DNA of 64,000 nucleotides, taken from the NCBI RefSeq assembly GCF_054482525.1, contig NZ_CM137006.1. One strand, 5' to 3'. Shown one piece after another: positions 30,687 through 42,119 of the stretch (its first letter is position 1; each line of letters opens with the position of its first letter). The notes beneath the pieces were generated by a model. The model had not been told where the DNA came from. It worked only from the letters and a program-made list of their open reading frames with translations, and did not search any database. The position numbers were made by a program, and so were the translations under genes.

Positions 30687-33600
30687 ATGAGTAAACTTTT
30701 GGATCGCTTTCGCTACTTCAAACAAAAGGGCGATACCTTTGCCGATGGTTACGGACAGGTGATGCATAGCAACCGCGACTGGGAGGACAGCTATCGCCAG
30801 CGTTGGCAGTTCGACAAAATCGTGCGTTCCACCCACGGTGTTAACTGTACAGGCTCCTGTAGCTGGAAAATCTACGTTAAAAATGGTCTGGTGACCTGGG
30901 AAATCCAACAGACCGACTACCCGCGCACTCGCCCTGACCTGCCCAATCATGAACCTCGCGGCTGCCCGCGCGGCGCAAGTTACTCCTGGTATCTCTACAG
31001 CGCTAACCGCCTGAAATACCCTCTCATTCGTAAACGACTGATTGAACTGTGGCGCGAAGCCCTCAAGCAACACAGCGATCCGGTACTGGCGTGGGCATCG
31101 ATTATGAACGATCCGCAAAAGTGCCTGAGCTACAAACAAGTACGTGGACGCGGCGGCTTTATCCGCTCCAACTGGCAGGAGCTAAACCAGTTGATTGCCG
31201 CCGCTAACGTCTGGACCATCAAAACCTACGGCCCGGATCGCGTTGCCGGTTTCTCGCCGATCCCGGCGATGTCGATGGTTTCTTACGCCGCCGGAACACG
31301 TTATCTTTCACTATTAGGTGGCACCTGTTTAAGCTTCTACGACTGGTATTGCGACCTGCCGCCCGCCTCGCCGATGACCTGGGGCGAGCAAACCGACGTA
31401 CCGGAATCTGCCGACTGGTATAACTCCAGCTACATCATCGCCTGGGGGTCTAACGTACCGCAGACACGTACGCCGGACGCCCACTTCTTTACCGAAGTAC
31501 GCTACAAAGGCACTAAAACCATCGCCATTACCCCTGACTACTCTGAAGTGGCCAAATTGTGCGACCAGTGGCTGGCACCAAAACAAGGCACTGATAGCGC
31601 CCTGGCGATGGCAATGGGCCATGTGATTTTAAAAGAGTTTCATCTCGATAATCCCAGCGATTATTTTATCAACTACTGCCGCCGCTACAGCGACATGCCG
31701 ATGCTGGTAATGCTGGAACCTCGCGACGACGGCAGCTACGTTCCCGGGCGCATGGTCCGCGCATCTGACCTGGTGGATGGACTGGGCGAAAGCAACAATC
31801 CGCAGTGGAAAACCGTGGCGGTTAATACCGCAGGTGAACTGGTGGTGCCGAACGGTTCGATTGGTTTTCGCTGGGGAGAAAAAGGCAAATGGAATCTGGA
31901 ATCTATTGCCGCCGGTACGGAAACCGAATTGTCATTAACCCTGCTTGGTCAACATGACGCCGTTGCAGGCGTGGCCTTCCCCTACTTTGGCGGCATTGAA
32001 AATCCGCATTTTCGTAGCGTAAAACATGATCCTGTCTTGGTGCGTCAATTACCCGTTAAAAACCTGACATTAGCCGATGGCAGCACCTGTCCGGTGGTTA
32101 GCGTTTATGATTTGGTACTGGCGAATTACGGCCTCGATCGCGGGCTGGAAGATGAAAACAGCGCGAAAGATTACGCTGAAATCAAACCGTACACCCCAGC
32201 CTGGGGTGAGCAAATTACCGGTGTGCCGCGCCAGTATATTGAAACCATCGCTCGTGAATTTGCCGATACTGCCCATAAAACGCATGGGCGCTCGATGATT
32301 ATCCTCGGCGCAGGTGTTAACCACTGGTACCACATGGACATGAACTACCGGGGAATGATCAATATGCTGATCTTCTGCGGTTGTGTCGGGCAAAGCGGTG
32401 GCGGATGGGCACACTATGTCGGTCAGGAAAAACTGCGCCCGCAAACTGGCTGGTTGCCGCTGGCCTTTGCGCTCGATTGGAACCGACCACCGCGCCAGAT
32501 GAACAGCACCTCGTTTTTCTACAATCATTCCAGCCAATGGCGCTATGAAAAAGTCTCTGCTCAGGAGTTACTTTCACCGCTCGCCGATGCCAGTAAGTAC
32601 AGCGGTCATCTGATTGATTTCAACGTTCGTGCCGAACGTATGGGCTGGCTACCTTCTGCGCCGCAGCTGGGGCGTAACCCGCTCGGGATTAAAGCTGAAG
32701 CCGACAAGGCCGGATTATCCCCCACAGAATTTACCGCCCAGGCGCTGAAATCGGGCGATTTACGCATGGCCTGCGAACAACCAGATAGCGGCAGCAATCA
32801 TCCGCGTAATTTGTTTGTCTGGCGTTCTAACCTGCTTGGCTCCTCCGGCAAAGGCCACGAGTATATGCAGAAGTATCTGCTGGGAACCGAAAGTGGGATT
32901 CAGGGTCAGGAACTCGGTGCCAGCGACGGGATCAAACCAGAAGAAGTCGAGTGGCAAACTGCGGCGATTGAAGGCAAGCTCGACCTGCTGGTGACGCTCG
33001 ACTTCCGTATGTCCAGTACCTGCCTGTTCTCCGATATCGTTCTGCCCACCGCCACCTGGTACGAAAAAGACGATATGAACACCTCGGATATGCATCCGTT
33101 TATTCATCCGCTTTCTGCGGCGGTCGATCCGGCGTGGGAATCACGCAGCGACTGGGAAATCTACAAAGGTATTGCCAAAGCCTTTTCGCAAGTGTGCGTG
33201 GGCCATCTTGGCAAAGAAACCGACGTGGTATTACAACCACTGCTGCATGACTCTCCGGCAGAACTCTCACAGCCGTGTGAAGTGCTCGACTGGCGCAAAG
33301 GCGAATGCGATCTGATTCCAGGTAAAACTGCGCCCAATATTGTGGCGGTGGAACGCGACTACCCTGCTACCTATGAACGCTTTACCTCGCTCGGGCCATT
33401 GATGGACAAACTTGGCAACGGCGGTAAAGGGATTTCGTGGAATACCCAGGATGAAATCGATTTCCTCGGCAAACTCAACTACACCAAGCGTGAAGGCCCG
33501 GCACAGGGGCGTCCGCTGATTGACACCGCCATTGACGCATCAGAAGTGATTCTGGCGCTGGCACCGGAAACCAACGGTCATGTTGCAGTCAAAGCGTGGC

Positions 33601-34427
33601 AGGCACTGGGCGAGATCACCGGACGCGAACATACCCATCTGGCGCTGCACAAAGAGGACGAGAAGATTCGCTTTCGCGATATTCAGGCGCAGCCACGTAA
33701 AATTATCTCCAGCCCCACATGGTCCGGTCTGGAAAGCGATCACGTTTCCTATAACGCGGGATACACCAACGTTCATGAGTTAATTCCGTGGCGCACGCTG
33801 TCGGGACGCCAGCAGCTTTATCAGGATCATCCGTGGATGCGTGCTTTTGGTGAAAGCCTGGTGGCTTATCGCCCGCCTATCGACACCCGTAGCGTCAGTG
33901 AAATGCGCCAGATACCGCCAAACGGCTTCCCGGAAAAAGCACTTAACTTCCTGACGCCGCACCAGAAATGGGGCATTCACTCAACCTACAGTGAAAACCT
34001 GCTAATGCTGACGCTCTCTCGCGGTGGACCGATTGTCTGGATTAGCGAAACCGATGCCCGTGAACTGACCATTGTCGATAACGACTGGGTGGAAGTGTTT
34101 AACGCCAACGGCGCGCTGACTGCCCGCGCGGTGGTCAGCCAACGTGTACCGCCGGGTATGACCATGATGTATCACGCTCAGGAACGCATTATGAATATTC
34201 CTGGTTCGGAAGTAACTGGCATGCGCGGCGGCATTCATAACTCGGTCACCCGCGTTTGTCCGAAACCAACGCATATGATTGGCGGTTACGCGCAGCTGGC
34301 CTGGGGCTTTAACTACTACGGCACCGTCGGCTCGAACCGCGATGAATTCATCATGATCCGCAAGATGAAGAACGTTAACTGGCTGGATGATGAAGGTCGC
34401 GATCAGGTACAGGAGGCGAAAAAATGA
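30687..34427 (+). CDS. narZ: respiratory nitrate reductase Z alpha subunit
   Basis: ORF 30564..34427; ATG at 30687 after GGAGCAGGAG gives 1246 aa MSKLLDRFRYFKQKGD...; molybdopterin oxidoreductase. Confidence 0.9.
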   Translation: MSKLLDRFRYFKQKGDTFADGYGQVMHSNRDWEDSYRQRWQFDKIVRSTHGVNCTGSCSWKIYVKNGLVTWEIQQTDYPRTRPDLPNHEPRGCPRGASYSWYLYSANRLKYPLIRKRLIELWREALKQHSDPVLAWASIMNDPQKCLSYKQVRGRGGFIRSNWQELNQLIAAANVWTIKTYGPDRVAGFSPIPAMSMVSYAAGTRYLSLLGGTCLSFYDWYCDLPPASPMTWGEQTDVPESADWYNSSYIIAWGSNVPQTRTPDAHFFTEVRYKGTKTIAITPDYSEVAKLCDQWLAPKQGTDSALAMAMGHVILKEFHLDNPSDYFINYCRRYSDMPMLVMLEPRDDGSYVPGRMVRASDLVDGLGESNNPQWKTVAVNTAGELVVPNGSIGFRWGEKGKWNLESIAAGTETELSLTLLGQHDAVAGVAFPYFGGIENPHFRSVKHDPVLVRQLPVKNLTLADGSTCPVVSVYDLVLANYGLDRGLEDENSAKDYAEIKPYTPAWGEQITGVPRQYIETIAREFADTAHKTHGRSMIILGAGVNHWYHMDMNYRGMINMLIFCGCVGQSGGGWAHYVGQEKLRPQTGWLPLAFALDWNRPPRQMNSTSFFYNHSSQWRYEKVSAQELLSPLADASKYSGHLIDFNVRAERMGWLPSAPQLGRNPLGIKAEADKAGLSPTEFTAQALKSGDLRMACEQPDSGSNHPRNLFVWRSNLLGSSGKGHEYMQKYLLGTESGIQGQELGASDGIKPEEVEWQTAAIEGKLDLLVTLDFRMSSTCLFSDIVLPTATWYEKDDMNTSDMHPFIHPLSAAVDPAWESRSDWEIYKGIAKAFSQVCVGHLGKETDVVLQPLLHDSPAELSQPCEVLDWRKGECDLIPGKTAPNIVAVERDYPATYERFTSLGPLMDKLGNGGKGISWNTQDEIDFLGKLNYTKREGPAQGRPLIDTAIDASEVILALAPETNGHVAVKAWQALGEITGREHTHLALHKEDEKIRFRDIQAQPRKIISSPTWSGLESDHVSYNAGYTNVHELIPWRTLSGRQQLYQDHPWMRAFGESLVAYRPPIDTRSVSEMRQIPPNGFPEKALNFLTPHQKWGIHSTYSENLLMLTLSRGGPIVWISETDARELTIVDNDWVEVFNANGALTARAVVSQRVPPGMTMMYHAQERIMNIPGSEVTGMRGGIHNSVTRVCPKPTHMIGGYAQLAWGFNYYGTVGSNRDEFIMIRKMKNVNWLDDEGRDQVQEAKK

Positions 34428-35968
34428 AAATACGTTCGCAAGTCGGCATGGTGCTTAACCTCGATAAATGTATCGGCTGCCATACCTGTTCGGTGACCTG
34501 TAAAAACGTCTGGACCGGACGCGAAGGCATGGAGTACGCATGGTTTAACAACGTCGAAACCAAACCGGGCATTGGTTATCCGAAAAACTGGGAAGATCAG
34601 GAAGAGTGGCAAGGCGGCTGGGTGCGTGATGTGAATGGCAAGATCCGCCCGCGTCTGGGCAGCAAGATGGGCGTAATAACCAAAATCTTCGCCAACCCGG
34701 TGGTGCCGCAGATTGATGATTACTACGAACCTTTCACCTTCGACTACGAACATTTGCATAGCGCACCGGAAGGCAAACATATCCCTACTGCTCGCCCGCG
34801 TTCACTGATTGACGGCAAACGGATGGACAAAGTGATCTGGGGGCCAAACTGGGAAGAATTGTTGGGCGGCGAATTCGAAAAACGCGCCCGTGACCGCAAC
34901 TTCGAGGCCATGCAAAAGGAGATGTACGGGCAGTTTGAAAACACCTTCATGATGTACCTGCCGCGCCTGTGCGAACACTGCCTCAATCCCAGTTGCGTGG
35001 CAACCTGCCCAAGCGGCGCTATCTACAAACGCGAAGAAGACGGCATTGTGCTGATCGATCAGGATAAATGCCGTGGCTGGCGTTTGTGCATTAGCGGTTG
35101 TCCGTACAAAAAAATCTACTTCAACTGGAAAAGCGGCAAGTCAGAAAAATGTATCTTCTGTTACCCACGAATTGAGTCAGGCCAACCCACCGTGTGCTCA
35201 GAAACCTGCGTGGGTCGCATCCGGTATCTGGGCGTGCTGCTTTACGACGCCGACCGCATCGAGGAAGCGGCGAGCACCGAGCGCGAAGTTGACCTCTATG
35301 AACGCCAGTGCGAAGTGTTCCTCGATCCGCTCGATCCCTCAGTGATCGAAGAAGCCCTGAAACAAGGTATTCCACAAAACGTGATTGAAGCTGCTCAGCG
35401 TTCGCCAGTCTACAAAATGGCGATGGACTGGAAACTGGCGTTACCGCTGCACCCTGAATACCGCACCCTGCCGATGGTCTGGTACGTTCCTCCGCTGTCA
35501 CCGATTCAGTCTTACGCTGATGCGGGCGGCTTGCCGAAAAGCGAAGGCGTGCTGCCCGCCATCGAAAGCCTGCGTATTCCGGTGCAATATCTCGCCAATA
35601 TGTTGAGTGCCGGCGATACCGGTCCGGTACTGCGGGCGCTGAAACGGATGATGGCGATGCGCCACTATATGCGTTCACAAACCGTGGAAGGCGTTACCGA
35701 TACCCGCGCCATTGACGAAGTAGGCCTGAGCGTCGCCCAGGTCGAAGAGATGTATCGCTACTTCGCCATTGCCAACTATGAAGACCGTTTTGTCATTCCA
35801 ACCAGTCATCGGGAAATGGCGGGCGATGCCTTCGCAGAACGCAATGGCTGCGGTTTTACCTTTGGCGACGGTTGCCACGGCTCGGACAGCAAATTCAACC
35901 TGTTCAACAGTAGCCGTATCGATGCCATCAACATCACCGAAGTGCGCGACAAAGCGGAGGGCGAATAA
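34424..35968 (+). CDS. narY: nitrate reductase Z beta subunit (Fe-S)
   Basis: 514 aa; Cys clusters CIGCHTCSVTC, CEHCLNPSCVATCPSGA; 4 nt overlap with narZ. Confidence 0.9.
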   Translation: MKIRSQVGMVLNLDKCIGCHTCSVTCKNVWTGREGMEYAWFNNVETKPGIGYPKNWEDQEEWQGGWVRDVNGKIRPRLGSKMGVITKIFANPVVPQIDDYYEPFTFDYEHLHSAPEGKHIPTARPRSLIDGKRMDKVIWGPNWEELLGGEFEKRARDRNFEAMQKEMYGQFENTFMMYLPRLCEHCLNPSCVATCPSGAIYKREEDGIVLIDQDKCRGWRLCISGCPYKKIYFNWKSGKSEKCIFCYPRIESGQPTVCSETCVGRIRYLGVLLYDADRIEEAASTEREVDLYERQCEVFLDPLDPSVIEEALKQGIPQNVIEAAQRSPVYKMAMDWKLALPLHPEYRTLPMVWYVPPLSPIQSYADAGGLPKSEGVLPAIESLRIPVQYLANMLSAGDTGPVLRALKRMMAMRHYMRSQTVEGVTDTRAIDEVGLSVAQVEEMYRYFAIANYEDRFVIPTSHREMAGDAFAERNGCGFTFGDGCHGSDSKFNLFNSSRIDAINITEVRDKAEGE

Positions 35969-36663
35969 TGCAGATCCTCAAAGTGATCGGCCTGTTGATG
36001 GAGTATCCGGACGAGCTGTTATGGGAATGTAAGGAGGATGCGCTGGCGTTGATCCGCCGCGACGCACCGATGCTTACGGATTTTACCCGCAACCTGCTTA
36101 ACGCGCCGCTGCTGGATAAACAGGCCGAATGGTGCGAAGTGTTTGACCGTGGACGTACCACATCGCTGCTGCTGTTCGAACATGTTCATGCCGAGTCCCG
36201 TGATCGCGGCCAGGCAATGGTGGACCTGCTGGCGGAGTATGAAAAGGTCGGCCTGCAGTTGGATTGTCGAGAACTGCCCGATTATCTACCGCTGTATCTG
36301 GAGTACTTAAGCGTACTGCCGGACGATCAGGCGAAAGAAGGCTTGCTCAACGTTGCGCCGATCCTCGCCCTGCTTGGCGGACGCTTAAAACAACGCGAGG
36401 CATCGTGGTACGCGTTATTTGACACCCTGTTGCAACTGGCAGGAAGTACACTTTCAAGTGACAGTGTCACAAAACAGGTGAACAGTGAGGAGCGCGATGA
36501 CACCCGCCAGGCACTGGATGCGGTGTGGGAAGAGGAACAGGTGAAGTTTATTGAAGATAACGCCACGGCGTGTGACAGCTCGCCGCTTAATCAATATCAG
36601 CGACGCTTTAGCCAGGATGTCGCGCCGCAGTATGTCGACATCAGTGCGGGAGGTGGGAAATGA
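35968..36663 (+). CDS. narW: nitrate reductase Z assembly chaperone
   Basis: 231 aa NarJ-like; start overlaps narY stop. Confidence 0.85.
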   Translation: MQILKVIGLLMEYPDELLWECKEDALALIRRDAPMLTDFTRNLLNAPLLDKQAEWCEVFDRGRTTSLLLFEHVHAESRDRGQAMVDLLAEYEKVGLQLDCRELPDYLPLYLEYLSVLPDDQAKEGLLNVAPILALLGGRLKQREASWYALFDTLLQLAGSTLSSDSVTKQVNSEERDDTRQALDAVWEEEQVKFIEDNATACDSSPLNQYQRRFSQDVAPQYVDISAGGGK

Positions 36664-37340
36664 TTCAGTATCTGAACGTCTTTTTTTATGATATCTACCC
36701 GTACATTTGTGCGACAGTGTTTTTCCTCGGCAGCTGGCTGCGCTACGACTACGGGCAGTATACCTGGCGCGCCTCCTCGAGTCAGATGCTCGATAAACGC
36801 GGGATGGTGATATGGTCGAATCTGTTCCATATCGGCATTTTGGGGATTTTCTTCGGGCACCTGTTCGGCATGTTAACGCCGCACTGGATGTACGCGTGGT
36901 TTCTGCCGGTGGCGGTAAAACAGCAGATGGCGATGGTGCTCGGTGGTATTTGCGGTGTATTGACGTTGATTGGCGGCGCAGGACTGCTGTGGCGCAGGCT
37001 GACTAATCAGCGTGTGCGTGCAACTTCCACTACGCCGGATATTATCATCATGAGCATTTTGCTGATCCAGTGTCTGCTGGGGCTAAGTACCATACCGTTT
37101 TCAGCACAGTATCCTGATGGTAGCGAAATGATGAAGCTGGTGGGTTGGGCGCAAAGCATTGTCACTTTCCGTGGTGGATCGTCAGAAATGCTTAACGGCG
37201 TAGCGTTCGTTTTCCGCCTGCATCTGGTATTGGGAATGACCATCTTCCTGCTCTTCCCGTTCACCCGACTGGTGCATGTGTGGAGCGCGCCGTTTGAGTA
37301 CTTTACTCGTCGGTATCAGATTGTGCGTTCGCGGCGATAA
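36660..37340 (+). CDS. narV: nitrate reductase Z gamma subunit (cytochrome b)
   Basis: 226 aa membrane protein; 4 nt overlap with narW. Confidence 0.9.
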   Translation: MIQYLNVFFYDIYPYICATVFFLGSWLRYDYGQYTWRASSSQMLDKRGMVIWSNLFHIGILGIFFGHLFGMLTPHWMYAWFLPVAVKQQMAMVLGGICGVLTLIGGAGLLWRRLTNQRVRATSTTPDIIIMSILLIQCLLGLSTIPFSAQYPDGSEMMKLVGWAQSIVTFRGGSSEMLNGVAFVFRLHLVLGMTIFLLFPFTRLVHVWSAPFEYFTRRYQIVRSRR

Positions 37341-37419
37341 TTTTCACCCTGGCCGGATAGCCCTTCGCTCTCCGGCCACTTGCAGGCTATGATAGTTCTC
37401 CAGCCACAGGAGAACGTTA

Positions 37420-38313
37420 ATGAAACCGCAGGTGTACCACGTCGATGCTTTTACCTCACAACCGTTTCGCGGCAATTCTGCCGGTGTTGTTTTCCCCGCC
37501 GATAATCTCAGTGAAGCGCAAATGCAGCTTATCGCCCGCGAATTAGGTCATTCCGAAACTGCTTTTCTGCTGCACAGCGACGACAGCGATGTACGCATCC
37601 GCTACTTTACGCCAACGGTTGAAGTGCCGATTTGCGGTCACGCGACAGTAGCTGCGCACTATGTCCGTGCGAAGGTGCTAGGTTTAGGAAATTGCACGAT
37701 CTGGCAAACGTCACTGGCAGGAAAACATCGCGTGACTATCGAAAATCACAATGATGATTATCGTATTTCACTGGAACAAGGTCCGCCGGGCTTTGAGCCA
37801 CCGCTGGAAGGTGAAGCTCGCACGGCAATTATCAACGCGCTTCATCTCACTGAAGACGATATTCTGCCAGGCTTGCCAATTCAGGTGGCAACCACAGGAC
37901 ACTCAAAAGTGATGATCCCACTGAAACCAGAAGTGGATATCGACGCCCTTTCGCCTGATCTTGCTGCGCTGACCGCTATCAGCAAACAGATTGGCTGCAA
38001 TGGTTTCTTCCCGTTCCAGATCCGCCCAGGCAAAAACGAAACCGATGGTCGTATGTTCTCGCCTGCCATTGGTATTGTGGAAGATCCGGTGACTGGCAAT
38101 GCCAATGGCCCGATGGGTGCATGGTTGGTACATCACAACGTATTGCCCCACGATGGCAACGTGTTGCGTGTTAAAGGCCATCAGGGGCGCGCATTGGGGC
38201 GTGACGGCGTGATTGAAGTGACGGTGATAATTCGCAATAACCAACCGGAGAAAGTCACCATTTCTGGCACAGCGGTGATTTTGTTTCATGCCGAATGGGC
38301 AATTGAATTCTGA
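37420..38313 (+). CDS. yddE: PhzF-family isomerase-like protein
   Basis: 297 aa; MKPQVYHVDAFTSQPFRGNSAGVVF typical PhzF N-terminus. Confidence 0.85.
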   Translation: MKPQVYHVDAFTSQPFRGNSAGVVFPADNLSEAQMQLIARELGHSETAFLLHSDDSDVRIRYFTPTVEVPICGHATVAAHYVRAKVLGLGNCTIWQTSLAGKHRVTIENHNDDYRISLEQGPPGFEPPLEGEARTAIINALHLTEDDILPGLPIQVATTGHSKVMIPLKPEVDIDALSPDLAALTAISKQIGCNGFFPFQIRPGKNETDGRMFSPAIGIVEDPVTGNANGPMGAWLVHHNVLPHDGNVLRVKGHQGRALGRDGVIEVTVIIRNNQPEKVTISGTAVILFHAEWAIEF

Positions 38314-38320
38314 AACCGTT

Positions 38321-38386
38321 GCCTGATGCGCTTCGCTTATCAGGTCTATGTATGCCGGATAAGGCGTTTACGCCGCATCCGGCAAC
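38321..38386. repeat. REP/BIME extragenic palindromes between convergent yddE and nhoA
   Basis: GCCTGATGCGCTTCGCTTATCAGGTCTA and TGCCGGATAAGGCGTTTACGCCGCATCCGGCA. Confidence 0.5.
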
Positions 38387-38396
38387 CTGACATAAA

Positions 38397-39242
38397 TTAT
38401 TTTCCCGCCTCCGGGTGCGTATCAAACGCCGCCATCACCATCGCTAACTCATCCACAGTAAAGCCATGTTTCGCATCATCTACGCCCAGACCAAACTGTT
38501 CCTGCATCACGGTATATAACGACGCCACATCTGGTAGATTTCGCTGCTCCACCGCGTGCCCATTTTCATAATGGGTAAAATGAAAATTGGTCAGCGTTAG
38601 CTTGCCACCGTCCGGCAAATGGCGGTACATCAGCAAATGATGGCGAAAATGCGACTGCGGCCAGTGCGCAGACCAGAAATTGCCCATTACATAATCGCTT
38701 TGTTGCTGCTCGCAGAGATCAAAACGGTACATCGACTGCCAGTGCTGATGATGATTAAACTGCAACACCCAATCATCACCCTCCTGTAACAACCGATACT
38801 CTCCGTGTGGCGTGATCTGCACGAGATCGGGAACTAAACGAATCGGCGCGGTTAGCGTCTGTCCACCGAAACCGACATCAGCAATCCATTTTTCCCCTTC
38901 CAGTTCCACCAACAACAAACGATGGGTGCGCGGCGGTAATGCTGGCGGATTTGATAACACTACGCGCCCTAACAAGCTGCGAACGTTAAACCCCAGCTCG
39001 CGTAACACCCGCTCAAACACGCCATTCTGCTCAAAACAGTAACCGCCACGACGGGCTGTCACCAGTTTCTCTTCCAGCGATTGATCATCAAGCTGTATTT
39101 CCCTTGGCAGCAAAACGTCGAGGTTTTCAAATGGAATGGTGCAATTGTGTTTCAGGTGCAATGCACGCAGCGTATCAACATTGACCGCAGCAGCTCCCGA
39201 CCAGTTAATACGGGCAAAATAATGATTCAGAATGGGCGTCAT
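38397..39242 (-). CDS. nhoA: arylamine N-acetyltransferase / N-hydroxyarylamine O-acetyltransferase
   Basis: 281 aa; NAT family with catalytic Cys region (RGGYCFEQN). Confidence 0.9.
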   Translation of the reverse strand: MTPILNHYFARINWSGAAAVNVDTLRALHLKHNCTIPFENLDVLLPREIQLDDQSLEEKLVTARRGGYCFEQNGVFERVLRELGFNVRSLLGRVVLSNPPALPPRTHRLLLVELEGEKWIADVGFGGQTLTAPIRLVPDLVQITPHGEYRLLQEGDDWVLQFNHHQHWQSMYRFDLCEQQQSDYVMGNFWSAHWPQSHFRHHLLMYRHLPDGGKLTLTNFHFTHYENGHAVEQRNLPDVASLYTVMQEQFGLGVDDAKHGFTVDELAMVMAAFDTHPEAGK

Positions 39243-39416
39243 CAGGCGTTTCCCTTAGTGGTTTTCTCAACTTATAACCTGGAATAGACGCCGCACCGGC
39301 TATTTTGTGCGATCGCGGACATGCATCACGTTCGCAAATCGCCAATCCCGTTAATTTCGTTACTTATAGCGTTACGAGCTACGCTTTTAAAACACCCTTC
39401 TTAGCGAGGCGATACC

Positions 39417-39986
39417 GTGAGCCGATTTATCCCCGTCGAATTACACCATGCCAGCCGTCTGTTAAATCATGGCCCAACTGTCTTGATCACCAGTTTCGAT
39501 GAGCAATCCCAGCGGCGTAACATTATGGCAGCAGCCTGGTCAATGCCGGTGGAGTTTGAACCGCCACGCGTGGCGATTGTGGTAGATAAATCGACATGGA
39601 CCAGGGGGTTGATTGAACGTAATGGTAAGTTTGGCATCGTTATCCCGGGTGTTGCAGCAACTAACTGGACGTGGGCGGTGGGAAGTGTGTCGGGGCGTGA
39701 TGAAGATAAGTTTAATTGCTATGGTATTCCGGTTGTGAAAGGTCCGGTACTTGGTTTGCCTCTGGTCGAGGAAAAATGTCTGGCGTGGATGGAGTGCCGC
39801 TTGCTACCTGCGACTTCCGCGCAAGAAAAATACGACACGCTGTTTGGCGAGGTGGTATCAGCAGCGGCAGACGCACGGGTATTTGTCGAAGGCCGCTGGC
39901 AGTTTGATGATGATAAACTCAATACACTACATCACTTAGGTGCTGGCACGTTTGTTACCAGCGGCAAGCGAGTCACCGCGGGCTAA
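39417..39986 (+). CDS. yddH: flavin reductase-like domain protein
   Basis: 189 aa ORF downstream of nhoA. Confidence 0.8.
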   Translation: MSRFIPVELHHASRLLNHGPTVLITSFDEQSQRRNIMAAAWSMPVEFEPPRVAIVVDKSTWTRGLIERNGKFGIVIPGVAATNWTWAVGSVSGRDEDKFNCYGIPVVKGPVLGLPLVEEKCLAWMECRLLPATSAQEKYDTLFGEVVSAAADARVFVEGRWQFDDDKLNTLHHLGAGTFVTSGKRVTAG

Positions 39987-40054
39987 AGAATCATATGCAG
40001 CAACCAAGTTGCTTAAGCAATGTTTCAATATGAGTTAAAAGCATACTTTATTTA

Positions 40055-40252
40055 CGATTGTATATTTTTAGTGAAGATTAATTTATCCTCACCAATATCA
40101 TAGTAATTGCGTATTATAGCTTCATTGATAAAGCCCTGTTTTGTATAAAATGCGCGGGTGGCACTAAAATCGACATAGCTGGAGGTCTCTACTAAAAGTA
40201 GTCTTGCGTGATTGGGACAGGTCAAGAAAAAGCAGTTTTGCAGTTTTTTATT
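40055..40252 (-). pseudogene. 3' remnant of a GNAT-family acetyltransferase (no start codon, about 65 codons)
   Basis: hand translation of minus strand: ...LLLVETSSYVDFSATRAFYTKQGFINEAIIRNYYDIGEDKLIFTKNIQS* resembles a GNAT C-terminal motif; bounded upstream by an in-frame stop. Confidence 0.4.
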
Positions 40253-40637
40253 TCAGGGCACAGTTGCGAAAATTGAATACCGTATGGACTAATGTGAGAA
40301 AATTCCGAGGTATGACTGTTTTGATATAGTGGACAATCAAGCGTCTCGAATTAACAATGAATTTCAGGTGCCAAGCCTTACAATTTGTAGCATGACGGAT
40401 ATAGGACAACATTAGGAAATCGGACAGAAAATTCATTATAATAAAATGACAACTTATCTCTTTCTCTCACGTTCTGTGAAATTTCACAAAAGTATAAACT
40501 GAGCCAATATGCCTTTATATATAAAAAATACTCATGTTTATTATTATCGGAAAAAGCCAAGATTTTGTCAAGGCCATCAAAAATATCTTTATCATGATCT
40601 ATATGTACTCTTGATGATTTCACAATACAGGGAAAGA

Positions 40638-41774
40638 TTACGAAAGCCCGCTCCCCGCAAGGACTGACGCGAGATAGTTTCTGTCCATGGCTGCTTTTCG
40701 CATCTTACGTCTTAACCCTGCCTTGAATACCTTATCATTCGTCAAAATATTAATAGCGATGTGCCGTATCCCTGAAAATAATTCTGCGGCGTTTCCTCTT
40801 CTTATTTTGCAGTCGTCTTCATTCATTACCACGTCCAGACGCCAGTGCAGCTTATTCTCTACGTGCCAGTGATTTCGGATCGCTGTGGCGAACTTTTCTG
40901 CGGTTAAATCAGCAGAACTGATATAATATCTGACCGTCATTTCTGGCTCTTTCTTTTGTTCTGCTATTATTGACCGAAAAGAGACTGCCACGCATAATTT
41001 CTTCAGTCCTTTCCATTCAAACGTGAAATCAATAAGTTCATCAGGGACATCGCAAACAATATGAAGACGGATTTCTTCTCTGCCGTGACTCTTTTCACTT
41101 ATTTCGTAACTGTCATGCTCTGGATTATTTAATTCTTTCAGCGGAAATTTTCCCTCAAAGGCTTTATTTAGTCGTCCCTGATTTCCTTTTACAGCGAATA
41201 AATAATCACCGCCCTGTTTTTGTATCTTCTCTGCAATATCTTTCTGGCAACCCATCGCATCAGTTGTGATGATTTTTCCTTTAATATCCAGCATCTTAAG
41301 AAGTTCAGGGATAGCTGTAATTTCATTGGATTTCTCATCCGTCCTGATCTGTCCGATGACCAGACTGTGCATTGTTGAGAACGCACTAATGACATGAATC
41401 GCTCCCTTGCGGCGACTCTTGTCATAAGAGTGCCGGAGTGTTTTTCCATCAATTGAGATGACGTCTTTATCATCTGAAGAATGACAATCACGCATCCAGT
41501 TAATAAAGCACTCGTGAAATTTTGCAGGACTGATACAGGATACAACTCTGGCGATGGTATCGTGAACAGGAATACCATTTTCAAAATCACCATATTGTTT
41601 TAAAAAATCGAGATGTGTTTCCCCAAAATCCTCTATACCTTCCCAACCTTCTGCACCCGAAATAACGGCACAAATAGTCAACAGTAGAATATCCGATAAT
41701 TTATGTTCCACTTTCCAGGCTTGTCTGTAATCGGGGATAATAGAAATATGTTCCATCATTTTTTTAAGTTCCAT
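40638..41774 (-). mobile_element. ISAs1-family (H-repeat-associated) transposase gene; element ends not resolved
   Basis: 378 aa translation matches remembered H-repeat/YdcC-like transposases ([37 protein letters not shown]...); lies directly downstream of an Rhs element. Confidence 0.8.
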
Positions 41775-42119
41775 TTTGTTCTCCTTAATTATGTAAGGAG
41801 TATTTGATCATGTATAAGCAATAAAAACAGCTTTAGGTAATGAGGAATATCTCAATTTTTAAACATAAAATGCGAATTATTTAGTACAGAAAGTGAACTT
41901 CTGATGATCTTTCCCTGCCCATTGGGTTCATTAAGATCAAGAATAATGGGAATATGCTCAAGAAGACTTTGAATGTTCACCAGACGTCCTTTTCTAATAT
42001 ATTTAATTATTTGGCGATTGAATTTTAATCAAATCAACAAGGTAAAACCAAGATTAAAGTTGTGATGATAATCACAACTTTAATGATCTTCCCCTGATTC
42101 CTCCAGTCCTTTTATTTGG

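Noticed and set aside
40248-40623. Two short minus-strand ORFs (62 and 81 aa) as real genes
   Set aside because: AT-rich, overlapping each other, no recognisable motifs or convincing RBS; mentioned only as possible remnants in a finding, not annotated as features.
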